Counted from the stretch's first letter, positions 1-8,129 are shown. The stretch: 64,000 nt of DNA from Nitrospinota bacterium (GCA_014382285.1 JACNKA010000077.1:13208-77207), one strand, 5' to 3'. Numbers and translations: made by a program. The notes: a model not told the origin generated them from the letters alone.

Positions 1-751
1 TGTCCTGCCCGTTGATGCGAACCCCTTGCACCGTTTTATCATCCACATAAATTTTTTCGACCATGCAGTGAGTGCGAATGTCTACACCGTTTCGCAATAG
101 CTCCTGCTTCATTTCCTTAATCAGGTGATCGGTCCCGCCCTGATAGGTGAAAACACCCTTGTCCATGAAGTTGGAAAAAACAATGCCATAAGTTATCGCC
201 GGATCATCAAGAGTAGAACCGTTGGCGTAGGTGATCGGTTCCATAAGAAAACGCCAGACATCGGTGCGACCCGGAAAATATTTCTCAAAAAGTTCGCGGG
301 TGGTCATGACCACTTCGTCATAGAAATTCATATCACGAACGGTCAAAAAGAACTCGTCGATCACTTCTCTTAAAATACCGAAACGCTCGCGCAATATATG
401 GGTGAAGTCGACTTTGTCGAAGGAGGTATTAACGGAAAACTGTGGGTTATCGAAACGTACATTTTTGAGCTGGATAACCCGGTGCGAGATATCTTTGGTC
501 CAGTATTTTCGCAGGGTTTTAATCATGCCGCAGGGGAACCCGTGCAGGGAGATATCCATAACATGCCCGCCCTTGCGTTTGAACCAGGTGGCCATGCCGC
601 CCATATTGTAATGATGCTCGGCCAGTAAAACTTTGTGCCCCAGCTTAGCCAGAAGATTAGCCGACGTCATTCCCGCCAGACCACTTCCAATCACGACCGT
701 ATCGTAAGCCGACAGGACACCCTTTAACCAGTCTCTTGGTGGTTTCTGCAT
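1..751 (-). CDS. FAD/NAD(P)-binding oxidoreductase, phytoene-desaturase (CrtI/RetSat-like) family; 3' end runs off the window
   Basis: My own minus-strand translation from the ATG at 751 reads [52 protein letters not shown]..., with a GxGxxG dinucleotide-binding N-terminus. The frame stays open to position 1. It is absent from the ORF track because there is no stop in the window. Confidence 0.8.
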   Translation of the reverse strand, partial: MQKPPRDWLKGVLSAYDTVVIGSGLAGMTSANLLAKLGHKVLLAEHHYNMGGMATWFKRKGGHVMDISLHGFPCGMIKTLRKYWTKDISHRVIQLKNVRFDNPQFSVNTSFDKVDFTHILRERFGILREVIDEFFLTVRDMNFYDEVVMTTRELFEKYFPGRTDVWRFLMEPITYANGSTLDDPAITYGIVFSNFMDKGVFTYQGGTDHLIKEMKQELLRNGVDIRTHCMVEKIYVDDKTVQGVRINGQD

Positions 752-769
752 TGTCTAATTACTGCCTGT

Positions 770-2152
770 TTATTGTAAAAGATGGAGATTGGCCATGGAT
801 ATGCCACTCAATGTAGCTCCAATAATACCTAAAAACCCCTGGTCTGTCCCGCATATATACAGGTTTTTGACAGGGGTTTTACCATTTTTAACCTTTTCTG
901 GCGATCCGTAGACAGCCCCGTTTATATGGCCTGTGTATTTTTTTATAGTTTTAGGCGTAAACGAGTCTAGAAATACCACATTCTCGCTAAAATCGGGGAA
1001 AAATGTGAATAACTGCTCCAAAGCCCGGCCTCTCCATTCCTTCTTCGCGGCGATATAATCTTTTCGGGCCAGACGGTCCCATTCCCCGAAACTGGCAAGG
1101 TTGGTCAACCTGATCAACCCTTCTTCAAGGGGTTTCGGGTATTTAAAATTATTACTGCAACACAACACGCCGCTGGAAATGTCGATCAAATCGTTCGGCA
1201 CCTTATAATCGAACCTCGACTGAGTGGAGAAAAAGACAATGCTCCTGTCATAACCCAGGTCGCGCGGCTCCTTGTCCACCACAAAAAGGGATTCCATAAA
1301 TGAAACCTGCCCGGTCTCGCATGTTCCCGCTTCGGCAAGCTCGGGCTGGCACCGGTTCAGCGTTTCCACATAACCCATGGAAGAAAGCACCGCTTCGGTT
1401 GCCAACTCCACTTCATTTTCAAGAGTTACAGAAGCAACCGTTTCCTTACTGGCGTTGATGGTTTTGACCCCACTGCCCATTTTTAGTTCACCACCCAGAT
1501 CCTTGAACTTCTCAGCCATGAGATTAAGGATGTAATGCATTCCCCCTTCGGGTTTTGAGAATCCTTCAATAAAAATGCTCTTGAACATGATGACAAATTG
1601 ATAGAAATCCATATCACCTTCACGCGCGTTGCCGTAATACATCAGCGGACAAAACAGCATGTCGATCAACACCGGGTCATTGATGAAAGACTCCAACACA
1701 GGTTGCGACAAAAGACGCTCGCCATCATCAAGATTCAGTTCGTCAAAGGCCAGAACTTTTTCTACCAGTTTGTTGAATCCGTCAATCTGGTCGGGAAACT
1801 GCTCCGCCACTTCCTGACGCATGAACTCAAACTCGTTGGTGAAACAAAGGGATTTCTCCGGGAAGCGTATCTCCGACATCTCCTGCTGACACAGGCGGAA
1901 GTCGTCATGACTGAAACGTAATTGCTTGAGAAGCTTGCCCAAGGGCGAGGAACGGACTCCTTTAGCGGTGAAATTGGTCATCGCGTGGAGTCCAACATCG
2001 AAGGTGCGGTTTTTTCTTACATAAAAAGAGTTCAGTCCGCCCAGCTCAGTATGCTTTTCAACAATGCAGACTTTTTTATCGAACATGGCAAGGCGAATGC
2101 CAGCGGCCAACCCCGATAACCCCGCACCTATAATGATCGTGTCGTAACGCAT
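770..2152 (-). CDS. FAD-dependent oxidoreductase, phytoene-desaturase (CrtI/CrtD-like) family
   Basis: 460 aa ORF. The N-terminus MRYDTIIIGAGLSGLAAGIRLA...EKHTELGG is a Rossmann FAD fold. The C-terminal LYICGTDQGFLGIIGA is typical of this family. It is a paralogue of the upstream partial gene. Confidence 0.85.
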   Translation of the reverse strand: MRYDTIIIGAGLSGLAAGIRLAMFDKKVCIVEKHTELGGLNSFYVRKNRTFDVGLHAMTNFTAKGVRSSPLGKLLKQLRFSHDDFRLCQQEMSEIRFPEKSLCFTNEFEFMRQEVAEQFPDQIDGFNKLVEKVLAFDELNLDDGERLLSQPVLESFINDPVLIDMLFCPLMYYGNAREGDMDFYQFVIMFKSIFIEGFSKPEGGMHYILNLMAEKFKDLGGELKMGSGVKTINASKETVASVTLENEVELATEAVLSSMGYVETLNRCQPELAEAGTCETGQVSFMESLFVVDKEPRDLGYDRSIVFFSTQSRFDYKVPNDLIDISSGVLCCSNNFKYPKPLEEGLIRLTNLASFGEWDRLARKDYIAAKKEWRGRALEQLFTFFPDFSENVVFLDSFTPKTIKKYTGHINGAVYGSPEKVKNGKTPVKNLYICGTDQGFLGIIGATLSGISMANLHLLQ

Positions 2153-2164
2153 AATTGAATTATA

Positions 2165-2194
2165 CCACCACTAGCCCACCAGGCGTGGGGCCAG
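2165..2194 (+). repeat. R-type module (CCACCACTAGCCCACCAGGCGTGGGGCCAG)
   Basis: Related copies lie at 5024-5052, 10740-10770, 54032-54053 (reverse) and 30508-30520 / 30600-30614 (reverse). Confidence 0.7.
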
Positions 2195-2246
2195 CGTGCG
2201 GCAAACGCTCGCTCCGCTCACGAGCCGCTGAGATTCTATAAATAAA

Positions 2247-2278
2247 CTTCCCCCTGACAAGGGGGACTGAGGGGGTTG
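2247..2278 (+). repeat. P-type hairpin module, 32-mer CTTCCCCCTGACAAGGGGGACTGAGGGGGTTG
   Basis: Identical 32/32 to 53060-53091. It matches the reverse complement of 53950-53981 at 30/32. It contains the hairpin CCCCCT-gaca-AGGGGG. Confidence 0.9.
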
Positions 2279-2360
2279 GTTTTCTGCCATCATTGCAAAG
2301 AAGCTCAATTTATTTGGCTGAATCTGTTTTGGGGGCAAAAAAAAACGGCAGGGTAAAAAC

Positions 2361-2624
2361 CTAACTGGCTAGTGGCCGGTCTTTTAATAAAGGGGTGAGG
2401 TAAGAAACACAACCAGCCATCGTTGCCAGATGTTCGTAATCCTTTTCCGGCACTTCTATGTTGAAACGTTTTCTCAGCTCCATGACAATATCGAGGAAAT
2501 CCATCGAATCCAGATCAATCTGATCCCTCAATTTGGTGTTATCGTCAATAGAACTTATATCTTCATCCGGTGCAATATCAGCAAGGATATTAAGGATAAT
2601 CTGGCGCACATCTTCAATCGTCAT
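2361..2624 (-). CDS. acyl carrier protein (stand-alone phosphopantetheine-binding protein)
   Basis: 87 aa. The DLDSMDFLDIVMELRKRF stretch holds the DS(M/L)D phosphopantetheine attachment serine. AAGGA lies 6 nt upstream of the ATG. The last codons (CCA CTA GCC AGT TAG) overlap an R-type CCACTAGCC repeat core. Confidence 0.85.
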   Translation of the reverse strand: MTIEDVRQIILNILADIAPDEDISSIDDNTKLRDQIDLDSMDFLDIVMELRKRFNIEVPEKDYEHLATMAGCVSYLTPLLKDRPLAS

Positions 2625-2749
2625 TACTGTCCTTTCACAAGTCTCCGTTAACCCTGATTTTAATAGAAGATAGGGGCAAATTCAAGCCTAAATCCACTCG
2701 CCGCGAGGTCAAAAGGGGGTAATTAGTCTGGATATTGCATGAGAGGTTC

Positions 2750-2854
2750 TCAATCACCCCAGTCCTCGTGGTATTCGACCTTGCCTCTCGTGCCCGGAAC
2801 GGGTACTTCTGAGAAGAGACCTTTGCGTAAGGGACTGACCCGTTTCTTCTCCAT
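2750..2854 (-). CDS. hypothetical 34-aa protein (MEKKRVSPLRKGLFSEVPVPGTRGKVEYHEDWGD)
   Basis: Not in the ORF track because it is too short. The ATG at 2854 is preceded by AGGAGGA with 7-nt spacing. It lies on the same strand as, and upstream of, the ACP gene. I recognise no family. Confidence 0.3.
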   Translation of the reverse strand: MEKKRVSPLRKGLFSEVPVPGTRGKVEYHEDWGD

Positions 2855-3006
2855 TACACATCCTCCTGACTTTCGTTAAAATTAAAGCTCAACGAATTAT
2901 AATTTATCCCTCAATGCTATCTCTCCCTTAAAAAGGAACAGGGAAGCTAAAACACATTAAGCCGAGATAAGTTTTGTTCGCCAGGGAAAGCTATTGCAAT
3001 CGGCAG

Positions 3007-3140
3007 CATGTGATATCCCCTTCGCTTGTTTTACCCTTGCAGGGCTCGAAATTTAATGAAGAGGGCATCACGCATGCCCCGAAGGTGTATGTGATAACCT
3101 CTTCACTTGTTTCATGCCCCGAAAGGGGTACGCCGAGTGG
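3007..3140 (+). repeat. family A structured intergenic repeat, copy 1 (long form)
   Basis: Near-identical to 57351-57481 (reverse complement) and to 47292-47383 (short form). It ends at CCGAGTGG, immediately next to the TAA stop (3141-3143) of the minus-strand lipoprotein gene. Confidence 0.9.
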
Positions 3141-3974
3141 TTACATTTCGCCTTCGATGTCTTCGAAGGGGAACAGTTTTTCGTATTGGAGAGCCAACAC
3201 CAACCGAGGATCACTAGCGAAACTTTCGTTGATAACGCTTAGAAGAGTAGCCCCTTCGCTGAGAAACGTTTGCAAGGTAGCATCATCAGTTATTTTTCGC
3301 TGCGAAAGATCATCATAAAGAGCGATAAGGCCTTTGGCCTGGCCCAGCGACTCGCCGATTTCGGAGTAGGGGATATTGCGGTCTCTGCCTTGAATAGCAA
3401 ATTCAGCGAAACGCACCCATCTATCTATGTCACCCGGCACTTCCCCTAAATTGATGAAATAGTTTGTGTAACCTTCTTTTCCCATACTTTCAAACCTTTG
3501 CACTGTCTGTGTGCCCCACCCGCCTAAACGGACTTCCTGAGCGTTCTGGCAAATATGTTTGAGGGAAAACACCAGCCGGTTGGTCTGGCTGTCCAACTGC
3601 ATGCCATAATTAGAATAAGGCTTGGCTTTGACATCTCTCTCGTAAGCATGCCAAACCCCTCCGCGCTCCTGCACTTCGATCCGTCTCTTATCGAGGGCAT
3701 TGGCCTGATCAGAACACTCCTGTTGCGTTTTAATGGGAAGCACCGCAGATTTTTTCAGTTTGGCGGCCAAAGCTGGGTCAACGGAAACTGCTTTATCAGT
3801 GCTGGAAAACATGTCTGACTTAGTTTTACGCACTGTTTCCTTACGCACCCAGGTATTTTCCTTCACTGGCATTTGGAAGGAGGATTTTTCGACAACATCC
3901 TCACCACCATCAACCCCATTGCCACAACCTGTAACCATGACCAACATAACAACCACTGCACGTATATATTTCAT
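3141..3974 (-). CDS. putative lipoprotein, unknown function
   Basis: 277 aa. The N-terminus MKYIRAVVVMLVMVTGCGNG has a signal peptide and a lipobox (VTGC). I recognise no catalytic motif. Confidence 0.75.
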   Translation of the reverse strand: MKYIRAVVVMLVMVTGCGNGVDGGEDVVEKSSFQMPVKENTWVRKETVRKTKSDMFSSTDKAVSVDPALAAKLKKSAVLPIKTQQECSDQANALDKRRIEVQERGGVWHAYERDVKAKPYSNYGMQLDSQTNRLVFSLKHICQNAQEVRLGGWGTQTVQRFESMGKEGYTNYFINLGEVPGDIDRWVRFAEFAIQGRDRNIPYSEIGESLGQAKGLIALYDDLSQRKITDDATLQTFLSEGATLLSVINESFASDPRLVLALQYEKLFPFEDIEGEM

Positions 3975-4102
3975 ACTCTCTTGTACCTCGAGCTTTATGG
4001 ATTTTTAAAAGTAGCGATTTTTAAATGAAGCTAAAGTTATACACTAAATTGCTTCTGCTTGCAGTGAATTTCGGCCCGCAAAATGTTGGGACTTTGATGA
4101 CT

Positions 4103-4230
4103 GTTTCATTGTCATTCATGCCCCGCCAGGGTAGGCTCGTCAAGCCGCCAACATGGTTTGAGCGTAGCAAAAAAGCATTGCTCACGGCCCCTCCCCCGTA
4201 TCATGAAGGCAATGGTCAAATATCACAATT
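4103..4230 (+). repeat. degenerate relative of family A repeat
   Basis: Shares TGTTTCAT..TCATGCCCCGCCAGGG, AAGCCGCC, ATTGCTCACGGC and ATATCACA blocks with copies at 3007, 47205-47383 and 8171. Confidence 0.5.
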
Positions 4231-4258
4231 GAGGCGTCAAAAAAATGGAGGATGACGG

Positions 4259-4279
4259 GAAACCGGCCGGTTTTTTTGT
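4259..4279 (+). terminator. candidate intrinsic terminator (GAAACC-ggcc-GGTTT followed by a T-run)
   Basis: GGGAAACCGGCCGGTTTTTTTG lies directly after the stop of the doubtful ORF 4025-4255. There is no annotated plus-strand gene upstream of it. Confidence 0.4.
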
Positions 4280-4460
4280 TTCGTTATCTGAACCCCACTT
4301 CCCGCAATAACTCCATAACCTTTTTCATTCAAAGGCTTTTGGACCATATCTGGGGTAAAACTCCCTTAAAATATCAGCGAAGGCATACGAATTGCAGAAC
4401 TCGTTAAGTGAAATCCGCTTTATGTCGATAAGACAATAAAATATTAAAGGTTTATAAACT

Positions 4461-5033
4461 ATGAACACCAAAAAATTCTTTTATTTACTGATTATCTCTT
4501 TTTTCATTTCCGGCTGTGAAGTGAAGTTGGGGCCATCGCAGTTCTGGAGCAAAATCTTCCGCACCCAGACGGACTCCAATTACTACAAAAACAAATCCGA
4601 AGACCTGATACAAACTTTGACCTCCGATGTTGAGGAATATGAAATCAACAAGGTCACGGTTATGGATCTGGTCGATGAAGATAACAAGCTCCCTGTTCTT
4701 GGCGAATATCTCTCAGCAAGAATCGTGGAAGCGATCACTAAAAAATATTTTTTTAAGGACAAGATTTTCCGGGTAGCGCAAAAGGGAGAAGTCAATGCGG
4801 TGATGAAGAATTTAAACCTGGAACCTTCCTACTCGTACAACAGAGAAGAAATTCGCGAGATGGGTAAGGCCCTCAAGTCTCAGGCCCTCATCACAGGCAA
4901 GATCACCGACCTTGGCACAAACATTGATGTCCATCTCACTTTGACAGATGTTATGAGCGGAGAAGTGATCGCGTCCGCCACCGAACATCTAACCCGGACC
5001 AAATTCGCCGTCGAGATGCTACGCCACCACTAG
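4461..5033 (+). CDS. putative lipoprotein, unknown function
   Basis: 190 aa. MNTKKFFYLLIISFFISGCE has a signal peptide and lipobox (ISGC). The terminal codons CAC CAC TAG lie inside an R-type repeat. Confidence 0.75.
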   Translation: MNTKKFFYLLIISFFISGCEVKLGPSQFWSKIFRTQTDSNYYKNKSEDLIQTLTSDVEEYEINKVTVMDLVDEDNKLPVLGEYLSARIVEAITKKYFFKDKIFRVAQKGEVNAVMKNLNLEPSYSYNREEIREMGKALKSQALITGKITDLGTNIDVHLTLTDVMSGEVIASATEHLTRTKFAVEMLRHH

Positions 5034-5099
5034 CCCCCTCTTAGCAGGGGAGGCAGTTGGCAAAGGCTTTTCAGACAACTCTTTGCTCGCCAAACTGAG

Positions 5100-7079
5100 T
5101 CATTGCCCATTGCCACCGGCGGCTCGCCGGGCGGCACGCTGGTAGCGGGACAAAGCCATCAGCGGGAAAAAATGCTGATACATATGATATTTGATGAAGA
5201 AATGGATGGGGAAACCGGTACCGGTAAACTCATCCTCCCACCAGCTTCCTGAGAAATCTCCCGAATCTTTTTGCGTTTCGATTAAATAATGCACGCCACG
5301 TTCTACAACGGGACTATGCACCTCATCGGCAGCGATGAGCCCCAGCAAGGCCCAGGCGGTTTGCGACGCGGTGCTTTGACCACGACCGCGCAGGCTTGGC
5401 TCCGTATAGCTTTGGCAGGTTTCGCCCCAACCCCCGTCTTCATTTTGATGACCTTCCAGCCAGCGCACAGCTTTTCTGCTGAATGGAGCCATCATGTCCT
5501 CGCCAATAGCACGCAAACCGTTCAGGGCTAAAAATGTTCCATAAATATAATTCACCCCCCACCGACCAAACCAGCATCCATCAACTTCCTGACGTTCCTT
5601 GATAAACTCGATGGCTCGTTGAACTTGCGAGTGTTCTTTTTTGAACCCCCATTTCGACAACATCCACAGAATCCGACTGGTCACATCCACCGTTGCAGGG
5701 TCTAACAACGCCTTATGGTCAGCAAAAGGAACTTCGTTGAGAATCTCTTTATCGTTATCCACATCAAAAGCCCCCCACCCCCCGCACTTGCTCTGCATAC
5801 TCAGCAACCAATCCATCGCCCGCTGACATTCGCTCAACTTCCATCGGTTATCGGAGCCCTCACCCCGGTTGAAGAAGAGCAGAATCTCTGCCGTATCATC
5901 GGTATCGGGATAAAGCTCGTTATAAAATTCAAAAGCCCAACCGCCTGGCTCCGCACCCGGATTCTTCACCTGCCAGTCACCCCGTTTAACCACTTGCTTG
6001 CTGATAATCCATTCACCGGCTTTCACCAGCGCCGGGTGATCGGTCGGCAGTCCCGAATCCAATAAAGCGTTGCAACAAATAGCCGTGTCCCACAAGGGCG
6101 AAATGCAGGCCTGCATCCAGAGTCGTCCGTCTTTTTCCAGCATGAAACGGTCCACCGCTTCCATACCTTTCACACAAGCAGGGTGGTCTTTTGCATAACC
6201 CAAAAGGTGCAACGCTAAAAGAGCGTTGAACATTGCCGGTTGGATGCCGGCAAAGTCGCCCTCATCTTCCTGATGCTCAAGCGTCCACTCCTCAACCTTG
6301 CGCAATGCTTTTTTACGAAAAGGTTTCCAGGGAAATTTACCGATGATCTTGATAAAGCGATCCAGATAAATAAACGTATCCCTCCAGTTGGTGAAGGGCA
6401 GACCACCGGGTTTGAAATCCAGATCCTGATCTTTTTCGGTGAATAATTCCTGAACATCGCGCCCTTCAGGAAGCTCATGAACCGGCTCAAAAGAACGCAC
6501 CACAGAAAGTGGCACCACCGTACCCCGTGACCAACTTGAAATCTCATAAATATTGAAAGGAAACCAGTTCGGAAGCACAATTATTTCTACCGGCACCGCC
6601 GGGCAATCGTCCCAGGAGAGTTGACCAAACATGGCGAGAAACATTTTTGTGAAAACCCGGGTTTTTTTTATTCCTCCGTTGGCAAGAATCGCCTGACGCG
6701 CCCGCACCATCTCTTCCCGGTCGGCGGGCAGACCTGCCATTTTCAGAGCCATATAAGACTCAACCGTCGAGTTGATATCGCACAAACCCCCATAAAACAG
6801 AGGCCAACTGCCATCTTCCCTCTGCTGATGCAGCAAATATTTTACGACCTGATCTTGTTTGACCGGGTCCAGTCGGTCAGTGAAATGCATGAAAAAGATA
6901 TATTCGGCTGAAATGGTAACATTGGCCTCCAATTCGTCCACCCAATAGCCTTCACCATTCTGGATGGAGAGTAAAAAGTCCCGCGAGCGCTCAATAGATT
7001 GATCCAGAGCCTCTTCTTTGATGCCCACCCCGATTTGGGGAGACTTCTCATTTTGTTGAGATTTTTCCATATTTTCCAT
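5100..7079 (-). CDS. shc: squalene-hopene cyclase
   Basis: 659 aa. It has the catalytic DxDDTA motif (YPDTDDTAEILL) and repeated QW-type motifs (e.g. QNEDGGWGE, QREDGSWPLFYG). Confidence 0.95.
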   Translation of the reverse strand: MENMEKSQQNEKSPQIGVGIKEEALDQSIERSRDFLLSIQNGEGYWVDELEANVTISAEYIFFMHFTDRLDPVKQDQVVKYLLHQQREDGSWPLFYGGLCDINSTVESYMALKMAGLPADREEMVRARQAILANGGIKKTRVFTKMFLAMFGQLSWDDCPAVPVEIIVLPNWFPFNIYEISSWSRGTVVPLSVVRSFEPVHELPEGRDVQELFTEKDQDLDFKPGGLPFTNWRDTFIYLDRFIKIIGKFPWKPFRKKALRKVEEWTLEHQEDEGDFAGIQPAMFNALLALHLLGYAKDHPACVKGMEAVDRFMLEKDGRLWMQACISPLWDTAICCNALLDSGLPTDHPALVKAGEWIISKQVVKRGDWQVKNPGAEPGGWAFEFYNELYPDTDDTAEILLFFNRGEGSDNRWKLSECQRAMDWLLSMQSKCGGWGAFDVDNDKEILNEVPFADHKALLDPATVDVTSRILWMLSKWGFKKEHSQVQRAIEFIKERQEVDGCWFGRWGVNYIYGTFLALNGLRAIGEDMMAPFSRKAVRWLEGHQNEDGGWGETCQSYTEPSLRGRGQSTASQTAWALLGLIAADEVHSPVVERGVHYLIETQKDSGDFSGSWWEDEFTGTGFPIHFFIKYHMYQHFFPLMALSRYQRAARRAAGGNGQ

Positions 7080-7193
7080 ATAGTTAGCTTTCAGACTCGT
7101 AAAAATTTTTGAGCAGATAAACTTAGTCTATTTTCTCCAAAAAATAAAGTAAAGAAACTTTCCCGCAAATCTGCCGTTTAATTTTGATTTCCA

Positions 7194-7222
7194 GTTGACA
7201 GGGCTGGATATCTCCTTTATTA
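7194..7222 (+). promoter_or_regulatory. sigma70-type promoter for rplM-rpsI
   Basis: TTGACA (7194-7199), 17 nt spacer, TATTAT (7217-7222), about 50 nt upstream of the rplM ATG. Confidence 0.55.
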
Positions 7223-7271
7223 TAGCCGGTTTACACCACCAAAAATAAATATTGACTGAAACCGGGACATA

Positions 7272-7703
7272 ATGAAAACAACATTTTTTGCTAAGAACAC
7301 CGATGTCGTTAAGAAGTGGGTCGTGATTGACGCCACTGATAAACCGTTAGGGCGCGTGGCTAGCACAGCCGCCTCAATCATACGTGGCAAGACCAAACCC
7401 ATCTTCACCCCTCATGTTGATACAGGGGATAATGTCATCATCATCAACGCCGCCAAAGTAAAACTGACCGGCAAAAAATGGGACGACAAAATTTATTATC
7501 ATCATACCGGTTGGCCGGGGGGAATCAAATCCGTCACCGCAAAACAGGTGCTCGAAAAACAGCCGTCTGATCTGCTTAAAAAGGCAATTCAGGGAATGTT
7601 GCCGAAGACGAGATTGGGCAGAACTCTGCACAACAATTTCAGAATTTATAATAACGACCAACACCCGCATACGAGTCAGAATCCGGAAGTAGTTGGTATC
7701 TAA
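7272..7703 (+). CDS. rplM: 50S ribosomal protein L13
   Basis: 143 aa. The sequence KKWVVIDATDKPLGRVASTAASIIRGKTKPIFTPHVDTGDNVIIINA is canonical L13. Confidence 0.97.
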   Translation: MKTTFFAKNTDVVKKWVVIDATDKPLGRVASTAASIIRGKTKPIFTPHVDTGDNVIIINAAKVKLTGKKWDDKIYYHHTGWPGGIKSVTAKQVLEKQPSDLLKKAIQGMLPKTRLGRTLHNNFRIYNNDQHPHTSQNPEVVGI

Positions 7704-7730
7704 ACTTTTTAAAAGAGAGCACCCACGATT

Positions 7731-8129
7731 ATGGAAGGCACCATCGAAAAATTTTACGCCACGGGAAAACGCAAGGAATCCATCGCCAAAGTATGGATTC
7801 AAAAAGGCAGCGGCAAAATCTCGGTCAACAACAAAACTATTATGGAACATTTTTGTCGGGAAAGCCTTGAGCGTATCATCAAGCACCCGTTGGTCACGAC
7901 TGACACATTAGAGTCTATAGACATTCAGGCCACAGTTCAAGGTGGCGGTCTTTCCGGCCAGTCCGGTGCATTGCGTCTGGGTATTTCCAGGGCTCTCATT
8001 TTGACCGATTCAAGCTTACGAGCGCCCCTTAAAAAAGCCGGGTTCCTCACTCGGGATTCAAGAACCGTAGAAAGAAAAAAATACGGACAACCGGGCGCGC
8101 GCAAAAAGTACCAATTCTCCAAACGTTAA
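7731..8129 (+). CDS. rpsI: 30S ribosomal protein S9
   Basis: 132 aa. It has YATGKRKESIAKVW and the C-terminal GARKKYQFSKR of S9. Confidence 0.97.
   Translation: MEGTIEKFYATGKRKESIAKVWIQKGSGKISVNNKTIMEHFCRESLERIIKHPLVTTDTLESIDIQATVQGGGLSGQSGALRLGISRALILTDSSLRAPLKKAGFLTRDSRTVERKKYGQPGARKKYQFSKR

Noticed and set aside
3030-3057. GTTTTACCCTTGCAGGGCTCGAAAT inside family A looks superficially like a CRISPR repeat (GTTT...GAAAT with an internal palindrome).
   Set aside because: It occurs as single units at dispersed loci, not as an array with spacers. No cas genes are in the window.
2974-3318. ORFs translated across the family A repeat (2974-3318 +, 47295-47660 +, 57338-57595 -) share the peptide ISPSLVLPLQG(S/T)KFNEEGITHAPK. 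A few differences between copies are synonymous in that frame (TCC/TCT, TCG/TCA, ACG/ACA).
   Set aside because: The peptide is conserved because the nucleotide repeat is conserved. The ORFs have different, non-ATG starts, and two of them run antisense deep into well-supported genes (the lipoprotein and metH). There are too few variable sites to infer purifying selection. I treat these as repeats, not genes.
4025-4255. The 76-aa ORF as a real protein-coding gene.
   Set aside because: It has no SD and an odd composition, and it largely overlaps a degenerate repeat copy. I kept only the terminator and the candidate-sRNA idea.
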